Positions 27,644 to 37,540 are shown, numbered from the stretch's first letter. The stretch is 64,000 nucleotides of DNA from Gemmatimonadales bacterium (GCA_037189525.1 JBBCJC010000005.1:864001-928000); one strand, 5' to 3'. The notes: generated by a model from the letters alone, not told the origin. Translations and numbers: made by a program.

Positions 27644-28549
27644 TCAGGGCGCCGTGGGAGGCTCGCCCGGCGGCACCGGGGCGGGCTCTTCGTTCCGCAT
27701 TGCGGCGCGCAGCATCGTGATAGCCGTGTAGAGGACGACCACCATCACCAACCAGCGGAGCGCGACCAGCGGCAGCGACTTGACGATGTACGCAGCGAGC
27801 AGCACCGCCGGAATCCCGCCGACGGCCAGTCCGACCGCCGACCGCAAATCGTACCGCCCGGCCCGGATGAAGCGGGCGCCGGCGACCGGCATCAGGAAGG
27901 CACACGACCCCATCATGATCGGAAAGGCGGCGATGGGATTCATACCAAGCAGGCTGATCATGATGAGACAGGGGGCGTAGAGGCCGATCCCGAGCGTCAT
28001 CAGCGCACCAAGCACGAAGTTCCCGGCGATCCCAACGCCGAGTAGGGTGCCACGCAGCGCCAGGTCGGTCCCACCGCCCGGCCCGATGTCGAGATTCCGC
28101 ATGGAAAAGAGCACTGCTGCCGCCAACAGCGCGATGCCCATGCCCCACTGGATCCGCCGGCGCGACCAGCGCGAGACGAACCCCGCGCCGATCCACGAGC
28201 CCGCCACGGAGGCGGCGATCAGCGCAGCCATCGTCAAGAATTCCACTTCGACGATCTGGATATAAATGAGCGCCTGCGCAACCGTCGGCAGCGTGTGGCC
28301 AACGTTGAGGGTGCCGGGGATCTTCTCATCCGGCACCGCGCGGGTAAAGCGGAACCACGCCGTGGTCGGTGCGAAGGAGCCGATGCCCAGCGTATCGAAG
28401 AAATTCGTCACTGCGCCAACCACGAGCTGGCGCACGGCGGGAAATGTGAAGGCGGTGCGGCTCTGCCGTACGGCGCTGACCCAATACGCAACGAACCCGA
28501 CCGTTACGGCAATCAGCACGAGCAACAGCAGGTTCTTCGGATCGGTCAT
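27644..28549 (-). CDS. TauE/SafE (TSUP) family membrane protein, copy 2
   Basis: Close tandem paralog of 26656-27546. Confidence 0.8.
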   Translation of the reverse strand: MTDPKNLLLLVLIAVTVGFVAYWVSAVRQSRTAFTFPAVRQLVVGAVTNFFDTLGIGSFAPTTAWFRFTRAVPDEKIPGTLNVGHTLPTVAQALIYIQIVEVEFLTMAALIAASVAGSWIGAGFVSRWSRRRIQWGMGIALLAAAVLFSMRNLDIGPGGGTDLALRGTLLGVGIAGNFVLGALMTLGIGLYAPCLIMISLLGMNPIAAFPIMMGSCAFLMPVAGARFIRAGRYDLRSAVGLAVGGIPAVLLAAYIVKSLPLVALRWLVMVVVLYTAITMLRAAMRNEEPAPVPPGEPPTAP

Positions 28550-28580
28550 CGTTTGCATACCTCGAGAGTGAGATTGCGGC

Positions 28581-29648
28581 TCACGCCAGCTCGGCAATCA
28601 GGGCGCGCGTAACGTCCGTCGTGCGAGCCGTGCCGCCCAAGTCCGGGGTGCGTACCGTCCCCTGGCTCAGCACGCGATCGACGGCGCTGCGCACCGCGCG
28701 CGCGGCGGCGCCACGGTCGAGATGGTCGAGCATCATCGCCGCGGCCAGGACAGCCGCAATCGGATTGGCGACGCCCTGCTCCGCAATGTCCGGCGCCGAA
28801 CCATGCACCGGCTCGAACATACTGGGGCCCCGACGTGTCGGATCGATGTTGGCGCTCGGTGCCAAGCCCAACCCGCCGACCACCGCCGCGGCGAGATCGG
28901 ACAGGATGTCGCCGAACAGGTTGCTCGCCACGATCACGTCGAACGCCTCGGGCCGGCGCACCAGATCCATTGCCGCCGCGTCGACCAGCAGCGACTCGGT
29001 GGCCACGTCGGGATAGTCACGCGCCGTCTCGCGGAACACCTCGTCCCACAGCACCATCCCGTAGGCCTGCGCGTTCGACTTGGTGATCGAGCTGACTTTC
29101 TTCCGCCGGGTACGAGCCGCCCGGAACGCCGCGTCAATGATCCGCCGGCAGCCGCGCCGCGTGAAGACGTTGCCCTGGATCGCAACCTCGGCCTCGGTGC
29201 CCTGATAGAGCCGGCCGCCCACGTCGGCGTACTCGCCCTCCGTGTTCTCGCGGTAGACCACGAGATCGACCGAAACCTGCTCGAGCTTCCAAAGGGGAGA
29301 CCGTACACCAGGGTGCAGCACGACGGGCCGCACACAGAGAAACTGATCGAACCGCCGCCGAATGGGAAGCAGCAGCCCATGCAAGGTGACGTGATCCGGG
29401 ACCCGGGGGTCGCCCACGGCGCCGAGCAGGATGGCATCGGCGCCGGCCAGCTCGGCGAGCCCGTCCGCCGGCATCATCGCACCATGGGCCAGCCAATGGT
29501 CGGCCCCCCACGAGAGGTGCCGCCAGCGGCAGCGGCCGGCGCCTAACGCGGCATCGACCACTTCCACCGCGGACGCGACGACCTCCGGCCCGATGCCGTC
29601 ACCACCGATGACGGCAATGTCGAACGGCTCAGAGGCTCCGGGCGACAT
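28581..29648 (-). CDS. Tartrate/3-isopropylmalate-type beta-decarboxylating dehydrogenase
   Basis: GDGIGPEV, RENTEGEY, TKSN, SNLFGDILSD, EPVHGSAPDI. Confidence 0.9.
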   Translation of the reverse strand: MSPGASEPFDIAVIGGDGIGPEVVASAVEVVDAALGAGRCRWRHLSWGADHWLAHGAMMPADGLAELAGADAILLGAVGDPRVPDHVTLHGLLLPIRRRFDQFLCVRPVVLHPGVRSPLWKLEQVSVDLVVYRENTEGEYADVGGRLYQGTEAEVAIQGNVFTRRGCRRIIDAAFRAARTRRKKVSSITKSNAQAYGMVLWDEVFRETARDYPDVATESLLVDAAAMDLVRRPEAFDVIVASNLFGDILSDLAAAVVGGLGLAPSANIDPTRRGPSMFEPVHGSAPDIAEQGVANPIAAVLAAAMMLDHLDRGAAARAVRSAVDRVLSQGTVRTPDLGGTARTTDVTRALIAELA

Positions 29649-30999
29649 CGCCGATGGCCTGGTCGACCACGCCGACGATTTCATCGGCTTGGGCCGTCGT
29701 CAGCACCAGCGGCGGCGAGAAGGTCAGGACATCATTGATGTTCCGCAGGATGACACCCAGCTCCTGCGCTCGGCGCTGCACCTTGCCGCCGACCGATCCC
29801 GCCGGCTTGAACGTTTCCTTCGACGCGCGCGATTTGACCAGTTCCACCCGCGCCAGCAGGCCGACGCCGCGCACATCGCCGACGATCTCGTGCGACTTGA
29901 GGCGTTCGAGTCCGCTCAACAGATGGCGGCCGACAGTAGCGGCGTTTTCGGGCAACTGTTCCCGCTCGATGATGGCAAGGTTCGCAATGGCCGCGGCAGC
30001 GGCCGTGGCGTGCCCCGTGTAGGTATTGCCATGACGCAGTTCCTTGCCGTCGCCGGGGGAGCCGAGAAACGCGTCGTAGATCTCGTCGCGACAGAGCGTG
30101 GCGCCCATCGGGATGTATCCGCTGGTAATGCCCTTCGCGAAACACATCATGTCCGGCTGCACGCCGTAGGTGCGCGATCCGAACCAGGTCCCGGTCCGGC
30201 CGAAGCCGGTGATCACTTCGTCGGCAATGAACAGGACATTGTACTCGGTGCAAATCGCGCGGCACCTGGCCAGATAGTCGGCCGGAGGCACCACGACGCC
30301 GCCGGCGCCCTGGACCGGTTCGGCAATGAACGCGGCAACGGTATCGGGTCCTTCGAATTCGATCTGCTTGCGCAGCGCCTCCGCCGCCGCGACGGAGACT
30401 TCCTCCTCCGTCAGGTTCGCACCAAAATCGTTGCGGTAACAATTGGGATCGGAAATGTGGCTGAACCCGGGCAACAGCGGTTCGAACATCCGCCGATTGG
30501 CCGTCACGCCGGTGGCGGACAGGGCGCCCATGGTGACACCGTGATAGGCATTGCGCCGCGCAATGAACTTGTACTTGCCGCCCTTGCCACGATTCTTCCA
30601 GTACTGCCGGGCAATCTTGATGGCCGTTTCGATCGCCTCCGACCCGCTGTCGCAGTAGAACACCTTCCCCATACCTTCCGGCGCCGCCAGCCGGATCAGC
30701 CGGTCGGCCAGCTCGATGGCCGGCTCATTCGAGAATCCCTGGAAGAGGCTGAAGAATGCGAACTTCTGCATCTGCCGATAGGCGGCATCGGCAATTTCGG
30801 TGCGTCCGAAGCCGACGTTCATGAGCCAGAGGCTCGCATGGGCATCGAGGTACCGGCGCCCGTTCACGTCGTAGAGATAGACGCCCTCACCGCGATCGAA
30901 AATGAGCGGACCCTGGTCGAGCACCGTCTGCATCTGCTGAAACGGGGTCCAGAGCGCACGCTGATGTTTGGCCGCCAGGCCGGTGGATTCCGCCGTCAT
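29629..30999 (-). CDS. Class III PLP aminotransferase
   Basis: SGSEA, YHG, ADEVITGFGRTG, AKGITSGY. Confidence 0.9.
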   Translation of the reverse strand: MTAESTGLAAKHQRALWTPFQQMQTVLDQGPLIFDRGEGVYLYDVNGRRYLDAHASLWLMNVGFGRTEIADAAYRQMQKFAFFSLFQGFSNEPAIELADRLIRLAAPEGMGKVFYCDSGSEAIETAIKIARQYWKNRGKGGKYKFIARRNAYHGVTMGALSATGVTANRRMFEPLLPGFSHISDPNCYRNDFGANLTEEEVSVAAAEALRKQIEFEGPDTVAAFIAEPVQGAGGVVVPPADYLARCRAICTEYNVLFIADEVITGFGRTGTWFGSRTYGVQPDMMCFAKGITSGYIPMGATLCRDEIYDAFLGSPGDGKELRHGNTYTGHATAAAAAIANLAIIEREQLPENAATVGRHLLSGLERLKSHEIVGDVRGVGLLARVELVKSRASKETFKPAGSVGGKVQRRAQELGVILRNINDVLTFSPPLVLTTAQADEIVGVVDQAIGDVARSL

Positions 31000-31017
31000 T
31001 GCCTGTCTCCGAATGAA

Positions 31018-31851
31018 TTACAACGCAGCAATCACGCCCTCGATCAATCGACCGATGGCGCCGCCGGTTTGCCCGGCCATGTCCATCACCTCCGCGTGCG
31101 AGAGCAACGCGGGCGTGACGCCTGCCGCCGGATTGGTGACCGACGAAATGCCGAGGCAGCGGATCCCGAGGCTCCGGGCCGCAATCACCTCGGCTACGGT
31201 CGACATCCCGACCGCATCGCCGCCCAGCCGTTCCAGCATGCGGATTTCCGCGGGCGTCTCGTAATTGGGGCCGAGCAGCCCGACATAAACTCCTTGGGCG
31301 ACCGAAATACCGAGCGTCGCCGCTACCCGTTCCGCCAGGCTGCGGAGTTCCGCATCGTACGCCACGGTCATATCGGGAAACCGACTCTCACCGCTCCGAA
31401 CCGGCCCGATCAACGGGTTCCGCCCGGTCAGATTGATGTGGTCGGCAATCAGCATGACCGTGCCAGCTGCGAAGGAGCGGTTGATCCCGCCGGCGGCATT
31501 GGTCACCACCAGCGTCCGCACACCCAGCGCCGCAAAGACCCGGACCGGCAGCACAGCCTCGGCCGCCGAGTGACCTTCGTACATGTGAAACCGGCCGCTC
31601 TGCCCGATGACGATTCGGCCGCCTAGGGTGCCGATCACCAATTCGCCGCGATGGCCCGCCACCGTCGGGACGTGAAATCCGGGAATCTCACCGTAGCCGA
31701 TCCGAATCGGATCGGCGATCCGCTCGGCCAGCGCCCCGAGTCCCGATCCCAAAACGACCGCCACCTCGGGCACGCGCCCGTCCAACTGCCGTTCGATGTG
31801 CGCCGCCGCCGCGCGCACGGCGCTCGGTGAACCCGGCTCTCCGTTCGTCAT
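31018..31851 (-). CDS. punA: Purine nucleoside phosphorylase (trimeric type)
   Basis: VLGSGLG, GRFHMYEG, TNAAGG, GPNYETPAE, VGMST. Confidence 0.92.
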   Translation of the reverse strand: MTNGEPGSPSAVRAAAAHIERQLDGRVPEVAVVLGSGLGALAERIADPIRIGYGEIPGFHVPTVAGHRGELVIGTLGGRIVIGQSGRFHMYEGHSAAEAVLPVRVFAALGVRTLVVTNAAGGINRSFAAGTVMLIADHINLTGRNPLIGPVRSGESRFPDMTVAYDAELRSLAERVAATLGISVAQGVYVGLLGPNYETPAEIRMLERLGGDAVGMSTVAEVIAARSLGIRCLGISSVTNPAAGVTPALLSHAEVMDMAGQTGGAIGRLIEGVIAAL

Positions 31852-32873
31852 CGGACCTCCGCAAGCTCCGCACGTACCCGCTCCGTCAGGGCGTGCTTCT
31901 CATCGGGCGGCAGGAACGCCGCCTCGAATCCGTTCAGAATCAAGCGATCGATGGCGTCGCGGTCGAACCCAAACGCCTGGTGCGCACGCCAGTATTCGTC
32001 CGTGAGGCTGACCCCGCACATCAGCCAGCTGTCGGTACAAAGGGTGACCGGAATGCCCAGGTCGAGATAGCGGCGTACCGGATGCGCCGCGGCGCTCGGC
32101 ACGACCCGGGTCTGCAGATTGCTGGTCAGGTTGATCTCGATCGGAATCCGTTCTGCCGCGACCCGCGCTTCGAGCGCCGGGTTCTGATAGAGACGGGTGC
32201 CGTGCCCCAGTCGCTCCGCATGACACCGGTCGATCGCTTCCGCGATGGACTCGGGCCCTGCCGCTTCTCCGGCGTGAATGGTAATGGCCAGGCCGCCTGC
32301 CCGGGCGATATCGAACGCGCGGACGTGGACGCCAGGCATCCGGCCCGCTTCGTCGCCGGCCAGATCGAAGGCGACGACCCCGTGCGTCTGCATCCGGACC
32401 GAATGCTCCGCAATCGCTACCGACACCTCGGGCGCGTAGTGCCGCAGCGAGCAGTTGATGATCCCAACCGCGACACCGAAATCGGCGCGCCCCTGACTCA
32501 GGCCGCGCCACTCTGCCTCGATGACCTGATCCATCGATAGGCCGACTTTGGTGCTCAGGTGCGGACAGTACCGCACTTCCAGATAGCGCAGATTGTCACG
32601 CGCGGCGTCCTCGACCATCTCATAGGCCACCCGTTCGATGGCCTCGGGCGTCTGCAGCAGCGGGATGGTCAGATCGAACCGGTGGAGAAAGTCGGCCAGG
32701 TTGGTGGCGTCATCGACCACCATGAAGCGCCGCAGCGCGTCCGGATCGGTCGTGGGCAGCGTCAGGCCCCGTTCGGCCGCCAGGTCGATCATCGTTTCGG
32801 CCCGGAGCGAGCCGTCGAGGTGTACGTGAAGCTCCGCCTTGGGCAGTCGGGCGATCAGCTCCCGTGTGATCAT
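31848..32873 (-). CDS. add: Adenosine deaminase
   Basis: PKAELHVHLDGS, HAGE, RLGHG, SNLQT. Confidence 0.92.
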   Translation of the reverse strand: MITRELIARLPKAELHVHLDGSLRAETMIDLAAERGLTLPTTDPDALRRFMVVDDATNLADFLHRFDLTIPLLQTPEAIERVAYEMVEDAARDNLRYLEVRYCPHLSTKVGLSMDQVIEAEWRGLSQGRADFGVAVGIINCSLRHYAPEVSVAIAEHSVRMQTHGVVAFDLAGDEAGRMPGVHVRAFDIARAGGLAITIHAGEAAGPESIAEAIDRCHAERLGHGTRLYQNPALEARVAAERIPIEINLTSNLQTRVVPSAAAHPVRRYLDLGIPVTLCTDSWLMCGVSLTDEYWRAHQAFGFDRDAIDRLILNGFEAAFLPPDEKHALTERVRAELAEVR

Positions 32874-33109
32874 TCGTTCGACGCCGCCTCCGGGAGGTCG
32901 CGCGCGGCGCTCACGATGACCCGCAGGATGTCGCCGGCCGCGAGCGATTCGGACGGATCGCGCCGAATCCCGCGGCCATCGGTCAGATAGGCTCGGCCCG
33001 CCTCGGCCGCTTCGGCATAGCGCGCGTCCGCCTGCGCGGCTGCCGCGCCCGCCGTCGTGCCGGGCTCGACGTACAGGGTACTGCCATTCACAAAAACAGG
33101 AATCGTCAC
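32870..33109 (-). CDS. Small hypothetical protein, possible beta-grasp (ThiS/MoaD-like) fold
   Basis: GTGA and ATGA overlaps on either side; VFVNG...PGTT...LAAGDILRV pattern. Confidence 0.65.
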   Translation of the reverse strand: MTIPVFVNGSTLYVEPGTTAGAAAAQADARYAEAAEAGRAYLTDGRGIRRDPSESLAAGDILRVIVSAARDLPEAASNE

Positions 33110-34608
33110 CGTTTCACCGGAATCCATCGTTTGTCGGCCGGGCCGTGGACCGGACCGGACTGCTGCTCGAACCAGGTCACCAGCGCATCGAGCGACCCGG
33201 TCTCCGTGACCTCGTGCTCGAGCCCCGCGAACATGGTGTACCCGCTGCCACCCCCGAACAGGAAATCCGACACGGCCAGCGTGTAGGTCCGGTCGGGCCG
33301 GACCAGCGCCCCGGCGGTGGTGCGAATCTCGACGACACGGCGTCCCCGGGGACGACGCGCATCGTAGCGCACCCGGATGCCTGACAGGTGCGCATCGGGC
33401 CGGCCATCCTCCAGCGCGTGCTCCACCATCCGGCGAATCACCGCGCCGCTGGCCCGCACCCGCAGCAGCATGTTGCCGAAGGGCTGCAGCTCGAAGAGGT
33501 CGCCATAGGTGACCGGACCGGCCAGGAGCGGCCGGCGAATCCCGCCGTTATTCATCACGGCAATCTCGGCGCCAACCGCGTCCCGCTGCGCATCGGCAAT
33601 CAGGTTGCCGAGCGTGTACTCGACCCCGCGCGCGGTGGTCAGCGGCGCCGCCAGGTTGGCAACCACCCGGCGAGCCATCGGTCCCGTCAGGGCATCGTAC
33701 CGGGCCACCAGTTCGGCGGCGGCGGAATCGGGCCGCACCGCATCGGCGTAGACCGTTTCCACCCGAATGGTCCAGCGCCGCGCGCCGTCCGGCGCCTGCA
33801 CCAGATCAACGACGCCGACGGCCGTGCCGTTGGCCCGGGCCGACACGATCGGAACGCCGCGCTGGAGGGTGTTGATCAGCGTATGGGTATGGCCAGCCAC
33901 GATCACATCGAATGCGGTCGAGTCGTACTGCCTGGCAAGCGAGACGATTTCGCCGGCGCAGGCCAGCGAATCGCAGAACGCACCTTCGTGCGCCACCAGG
34001 ACGGTGAAATCGGGCCGAGCGGCTTTGACGGCCGCCAGCGCATCGGCAATCGCGTCCGGCGCCTCCCGAAACTCCAGTCCGCGCACGTGGCGCTCCATCA
34101 CGATCGACTTGGTGACGGCCGTGAGGTAGCCGACCACCCCGATGCGATAGGGCCCCTTCTCGATGATCGCATAGGGACGGGCCCATTCGGGCCGAGACCC
34201 GGTCGCCGAATCGAAAACGTTGGCCGCAAGCCAGGGATATCGGGCCTCGCGCACCCGCGCCGCGAGCGTATCGGGACCCCAGTCGAGTTCATGGTTGCCG
34301 AGCGAGGCCGCGTCCAGTCCCAGCAGGTTCATCGCCTCGACCACCGACCGGCCGTACATCAGGTTGGAGCCGAGGGTGCCCTGCATCTGGTCGCCGGCAT
34401 CGAAACGGAGCGTCGTGCAGCGGCAATCGGCCTCCAGGCTGTCCATGAAGCCTTTGACTGCCGCGAGCCCACCGATCGGCCGCCCGTTCGACCAGGGCAG
34501 CACCCGGGGTTGGAGCGCACCGTGGAAGTCGTTGATGGTCAGCACTCTGAGCACCACGGAATCGGCAGGCGCGGCCGCCAGGGCTGCGGCCAGGAGGAGG
34601 GTCAGCAT
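33106..34608 (-). CDS. Secreted 5'-nucleotidase/UDP-sugar hydrolase family protein
   Basis: NDFHG, DAGD, GNHE, GHTH, NNGGIR, QPFGN. Confidence 0.92.
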   Translation of the reverse strand: MLTLLLAAALAAAPADSVVLRVLTINDFHGALQPRVLPWSNGRPIGGLAAVKGFMDSLEADCRCTTLRFDAGDQMQGTLGSNLMYGRSVVEAMNLLGLDAASLGNHELDWGPDTLAARVREARYPWLAANVFDSATGSRPEWARPYAIIEKGPYRIGVVGYLTAVTKSIVMERHVRGLEFREAPDAIADALAAVKAARPDFTVLVAHEGAFCDSLACAGEIVSLARQYDSTAFDVIVAGHTHTLINTLQRGVPIVSARANGTAVGVVDLVQAPDGARRWTIRVETVYADAVRPDSAAAELVARYDALTGPMARRVVANLAAPLTTARGVEYTLGNLIADAQRDAVGAEIAVMNNGGIRRPLLAGPVTYGDLFELQPFGNMLLRVRASGAVIRRMVEHALEDGRPDAHLSGIRVRYDARRPRGRRVVEIRTTAGALVRPDRTYTLAVSDFLFGGGSGYTMFAGLEHEVTETGSLDALVTWFEQQSGPVHGPADKRWIPVKR

Positions 34609-34651
34609 GGCCACAAAACATAGACGCAGCGGCCGGTCATGGCGAGACAGC

Positions 34652-34668
34652 GTCACAGTCCTGTCACA
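34652..34668. promoter_or_regulatory. Pho-box-like direct repeat between the divergent nucleotidase and arsR-phoBR
   Basis: GTCACA-N5-GTCACA with 11-bp period, just upstream of TTGTAG-N17-CATATT. Confidence 0.65.
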
Positions 34669-34714
34669 TGCCTTGTAGGCGGGGGTGGCGGCTCCCATAT
34701 TCGTTGGGACGCAT

Positions 34715-35071
34715 ATGAGCACCCAGCCATCTTCGGCCGACCTGCTGGCCACCGTCGCCGAGCCGACCCGGCTCCGAATCCTGAACTGCCTCGCGGCGGC
34801 ACCGCTCTTCGTCTCCGACCTCCAGGACGTCCTCGACCTGCCGCAGCCGACGGTTTCGCGCCACCTGACGGTGCTCAAACGCGCCGACCTGGTGCGCGAC
34901 ACCTCGGTGGCGCCGTTCGTCCTCTATCGGCTGAGCCGAGAGACCGGAGTGATGGGGCGCTTGATGCGAACCATTCTTGATACCGTCGCGACCGAGAGCG
35001 ATTTCCGGCGCGAACGAGACCTGGCTCTGGAACGGAGCCGCAGCCGAGGAAAGAAGTCTACGAAGCGATGA
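34715..35071 (+). CDS. ArsR/SmtB family regulator
   Basis: EPTRLRIL...QPTVSRHLTVLKRADLV; ATGA overlap with phoB. Confidence 0.88.
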   Translation: MSTQPSSADLLATVAEPTRLRILNCLAAAPLFVSDLQDVLDLPQPTVSRHLTVLKRADLVRDTSVAPFVLYRLSRETGVMGRLMRTILDTVATESDFRRERDLALERSRSRGKKSTKR

Positions 35072-35772
35072 GCCATCGCATTCTCGTCGTCGACGACGAA
35101 CCGGATATCACCGCCCTGGTCGCCTACCACCTGGCCAAAGCCGGCTATCGGGTGTCGACCGCATCGAACGGAACCGACGCGCTCCGCGCCGCAGCCGAGC
35201 AGCGCCCGGATGTCATCGTACTCGACCTGATGCTCCCGGGCCTGTCCGGCCTGGATGTCCTGCAGGCCCTCCGCAAACAGGACGAAACCCGCGACGTGGG
35301 CGTCATCCTGCTGACGGCACGGCGCGAAGAAGCCGACCGGATCCGGGGTCTCTCGCTCGGTGCGGATGATTATCTCACCAAGCCGTTTTCTCCCAATGAA
35401 CTGACCCTGCGCGTGGCCGCGATCATCAGGCGGCTCGCCGCGCCCGCCGTCGCCGGCGGCTCGCAGGTTTCGGCCGGCCCGCTCGCCATCGATCGGTCGG
35501 CCCACCGGGTCACTGTCGACGGCGAGGACCTCCAGCTCACGGCCACCGAGTACAAGCTGCTGGTCACGCTGCTCGAGCGGCGCGGGCGGGTCCAGACACG
35601 CCCGCAACTGCTAGAAGCTGTGTGGGATGCGCAGCCCGATATCCAGACCCGCACCGTCGACATGCACGTCCAGCGCCTCCGCACCAAGCTGGGTTCCGCC
35701 GGTGACCTGATCGAAACCGTCCGCGGCTTCGGGTACCGGTTCACCGCCCCCGAGAAAGCCCGCGCCCGGTGA
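35068..35772 (+). CDS. phoB: OmpR-family response regulator PhoB
   Basis: Receiver plus winged helix (RTVDMHVQRLRTKL, TVRGFGY); pst context. Confidence 0.85.
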   Translation: MSHRILVVDDEPDITALVAYHLAKAGYRVSTASNGTDALRAAAEQRPDVIVLDLMLPGLSGLDVLQALRKQDETRDVGVILLTARREEADRIRGLSLGADDYLTKPFSPNELTLRVAAIIRRLAAPAVAGGSQVSAGPLAIDRSAHRVTVDGEDLQLTATEYKLLVTLLERRGRVQTRPQLLEAVWDAQPDIQTRTVDMHVQRLRTKLGSAGDLIETVRGFGYRFTAPEKARAR

Positions 35773-37511
35773 CGTACGCCGGCCGGGTTACGACCGGCAC
35801 ACTCCTCGTGCTGGTCGCCACCGTCGTGGCGCTGATCGGCGCCGTCGAGCATTCCGTCAGGCGCGACCTGGAGCGCGACACGCGGGTCGACCTGGAGCGC
35901 GAGGCGGCGCTGGCCGCCATGGCCCTGCCGGACGATTCGCTTGCCTGGCAGCAGACGGTCGAAGAAGCCTCCCGGCGAACCGGCCTCCGCGTCAGCGTCG
36001 TCGATCAGACCGGCCGGGTTCGCGCCGAGTCGGAAATCACCGCGGCCGAGCTCGACCGGATCGAGAACCACCTCAATCGCCCGGAAATCGTGGCAGCGCT
36101 TGGTGGGCAACCGAGCGCCGACCGCCGGCCCAGCGCGACGGTGGGGGTTCCCTACATGTACGTGGCGATTCCGGGCGGCCCCGGCGCGGTGCGTGTGGCC
36201 GTCAGCCTGGAGCAGGTCGATCGGGTAGTGCGCGCGGCGCAGCGCCCGATCCTGATCGCGGGGTTGATCGCGCTCCTGCTGGGGCTCCCGCTTGCGTACC
36301 TGGCGGCCAGGCGCGTGGTACGGCCCCTGGCCGACATCGCGACGGCCGCTCGCCGGATTGCGTCCGGAGAGTCGCCGGAGTTTCCCTATGCCGGCATTCC
36401 GGACATCGACCGCCTGACCGCCGATCTGCACGCCATGCACGATCAGCTGGCGGAGCGCTTCGAGAACCTCCGGCGCAAACAATCGGAAACGGCCGCCATC
36501 GTCGATTCGATGGTCGAGGGCGTCCTCTCCTCGGATGCCAAGGGCCGGATCATCACCGCCAATCCCGCGGCCCGGCGCCTGCTCGGCTTCCGCGACGCCG
36601 AGGCGTTGCCTGAGCTGCCGCTCATCTTTCGCACCAAGGATGCGCGCGACCTGATCGACCGCGTTCTCGAGGGAACCTCGATTGCCGACCGCGAGATTGC
36701 CTGGGGCGATCGGACCTATCTCATGAACGCCCGGCCGCTCCCCACCGGGGGCGCCGTGGTGGTGCTGCACGATCTGACGCACCTCAAGCGGCTCGAAGCG
36801 GTGCGGCGGGATTTTGTCGCCAATGTCTCTCATGAACTCAAGACGCCGCTGACGGCCATCTCCGGCTACGCAGAGACCCTGCTGGCCGACGACACGGATG
36901 CGGACACGACGCGACGGTTCCTGGACACCATTCTCTCCAACGCCCGGCGGATGCAGCGGCTGGTCGACGACCAACTCGATCTCTCCCGGATCGAATCGGG
37001 GGCGTGGACGGCGGCCAACGAGCAGGTCGCCATCGAACCGACGGCCGCCGATGCCTGGGCAGTCGCCGCGTCCGCCTCGAGCAATGCGCCGTCGTTCACC
37101 GTCGACCTGGCCGACGACAGCCAGTTCGTCCCCGGCGACCCCGATGCCCTCCGGCAGATTTTCCGGAACCTGCTCGAGAACGCCATCCGCTACACTCCGA
37201 AGGATGGATCCGTCACCGTCCGGGCCGTGCGCGAGGGCGCCGGGGTCCGGATCTCGGTCTCCGATACCGGCAGCGGGATCCCGTCCGATCACGTGCCGCG
37301 GATTTTCGAGCGCTTCTATCGGGTCGACCCCAGCCGCGCCCGAGCTCAGGGCGGCACCGGGCTCGGCCTGGCCATCGTCAAGCACCTGGTCGAGAATCAC
37401 GGCGGCCGGATCTGGGCCGAAAGCGCCCTCGGCCGCGGTACGACGATTCATATCTGGTGGCCGACCCGCCTTCCCTTTGACTCCACCACGCCCCTGCCCC
37501 ACGTTACCTGA
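35769..37511 (+). CDS. phoR: Sensor histidine kinase PhoR
   Basis: ENHLNRPE sensor, HAMP, PAS, RRDFVANVSHELKTP, GGTGLGL. Confidence 0.85.
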   Translation: MTYAGRVTTGTLLVLVATVVALIGAVEHSVRRDLERDTRVDLEREAALAAMALPDDSLAWQQTVEEASRRTGLRVSVVDQTGRVRAESEITAAELDRIENHLNRPEIVAALGGQPSADRRPSATVGVPYMYVAIPGGPGAVRVAVSLEQVDRVVRAAQRPILIAGLIALLLGLPLAYLAARRVVRPLADIATAARRIASGESPEFPYAGIPDIDRLTADLHAMHDQLAERFENLRRKQSETAAIVDSMVEGVLSSDAKGRIITANPAARRLLGFRDAEALPELPLIFRTKDARDLIDRVLEGTSIADREIAWGDRTYLMNARPLPTGGAVVVLHDLTHLKRLEAVRRDFVANVSHELKTPLTAISGYAETLLADDTDADTTRRFLDTILSNARRMQRLVDDQLDLSRIESGAWTAANEQVAIEPTAADAWAVAASASSNAPSFTVDLADDSQFVPGDPDALRQIFRNLLENAIRYTPKDGSVTVRAVREGAGVRISVSDTGSGIPSDHVPRIFERFYRVDPSRARAQGGTGLGLAIVKHLVENHGGRIWAESALGRGTTIHIWWPTRLPFDSTTPLPHVT

Positions 37512-37540
37512 ACGTGACGATTCGTTGATGTTTCGGTGAC
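37502..37540. promoter_or_regulatory. Four phased Pho-box-like half-sites upstream of the porin
   Basis: CGTTAC, CGTGAC, GTTGAT and GGTGAC start at 37502, 37513, 37524 and 37535. Confidence 0.6.
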
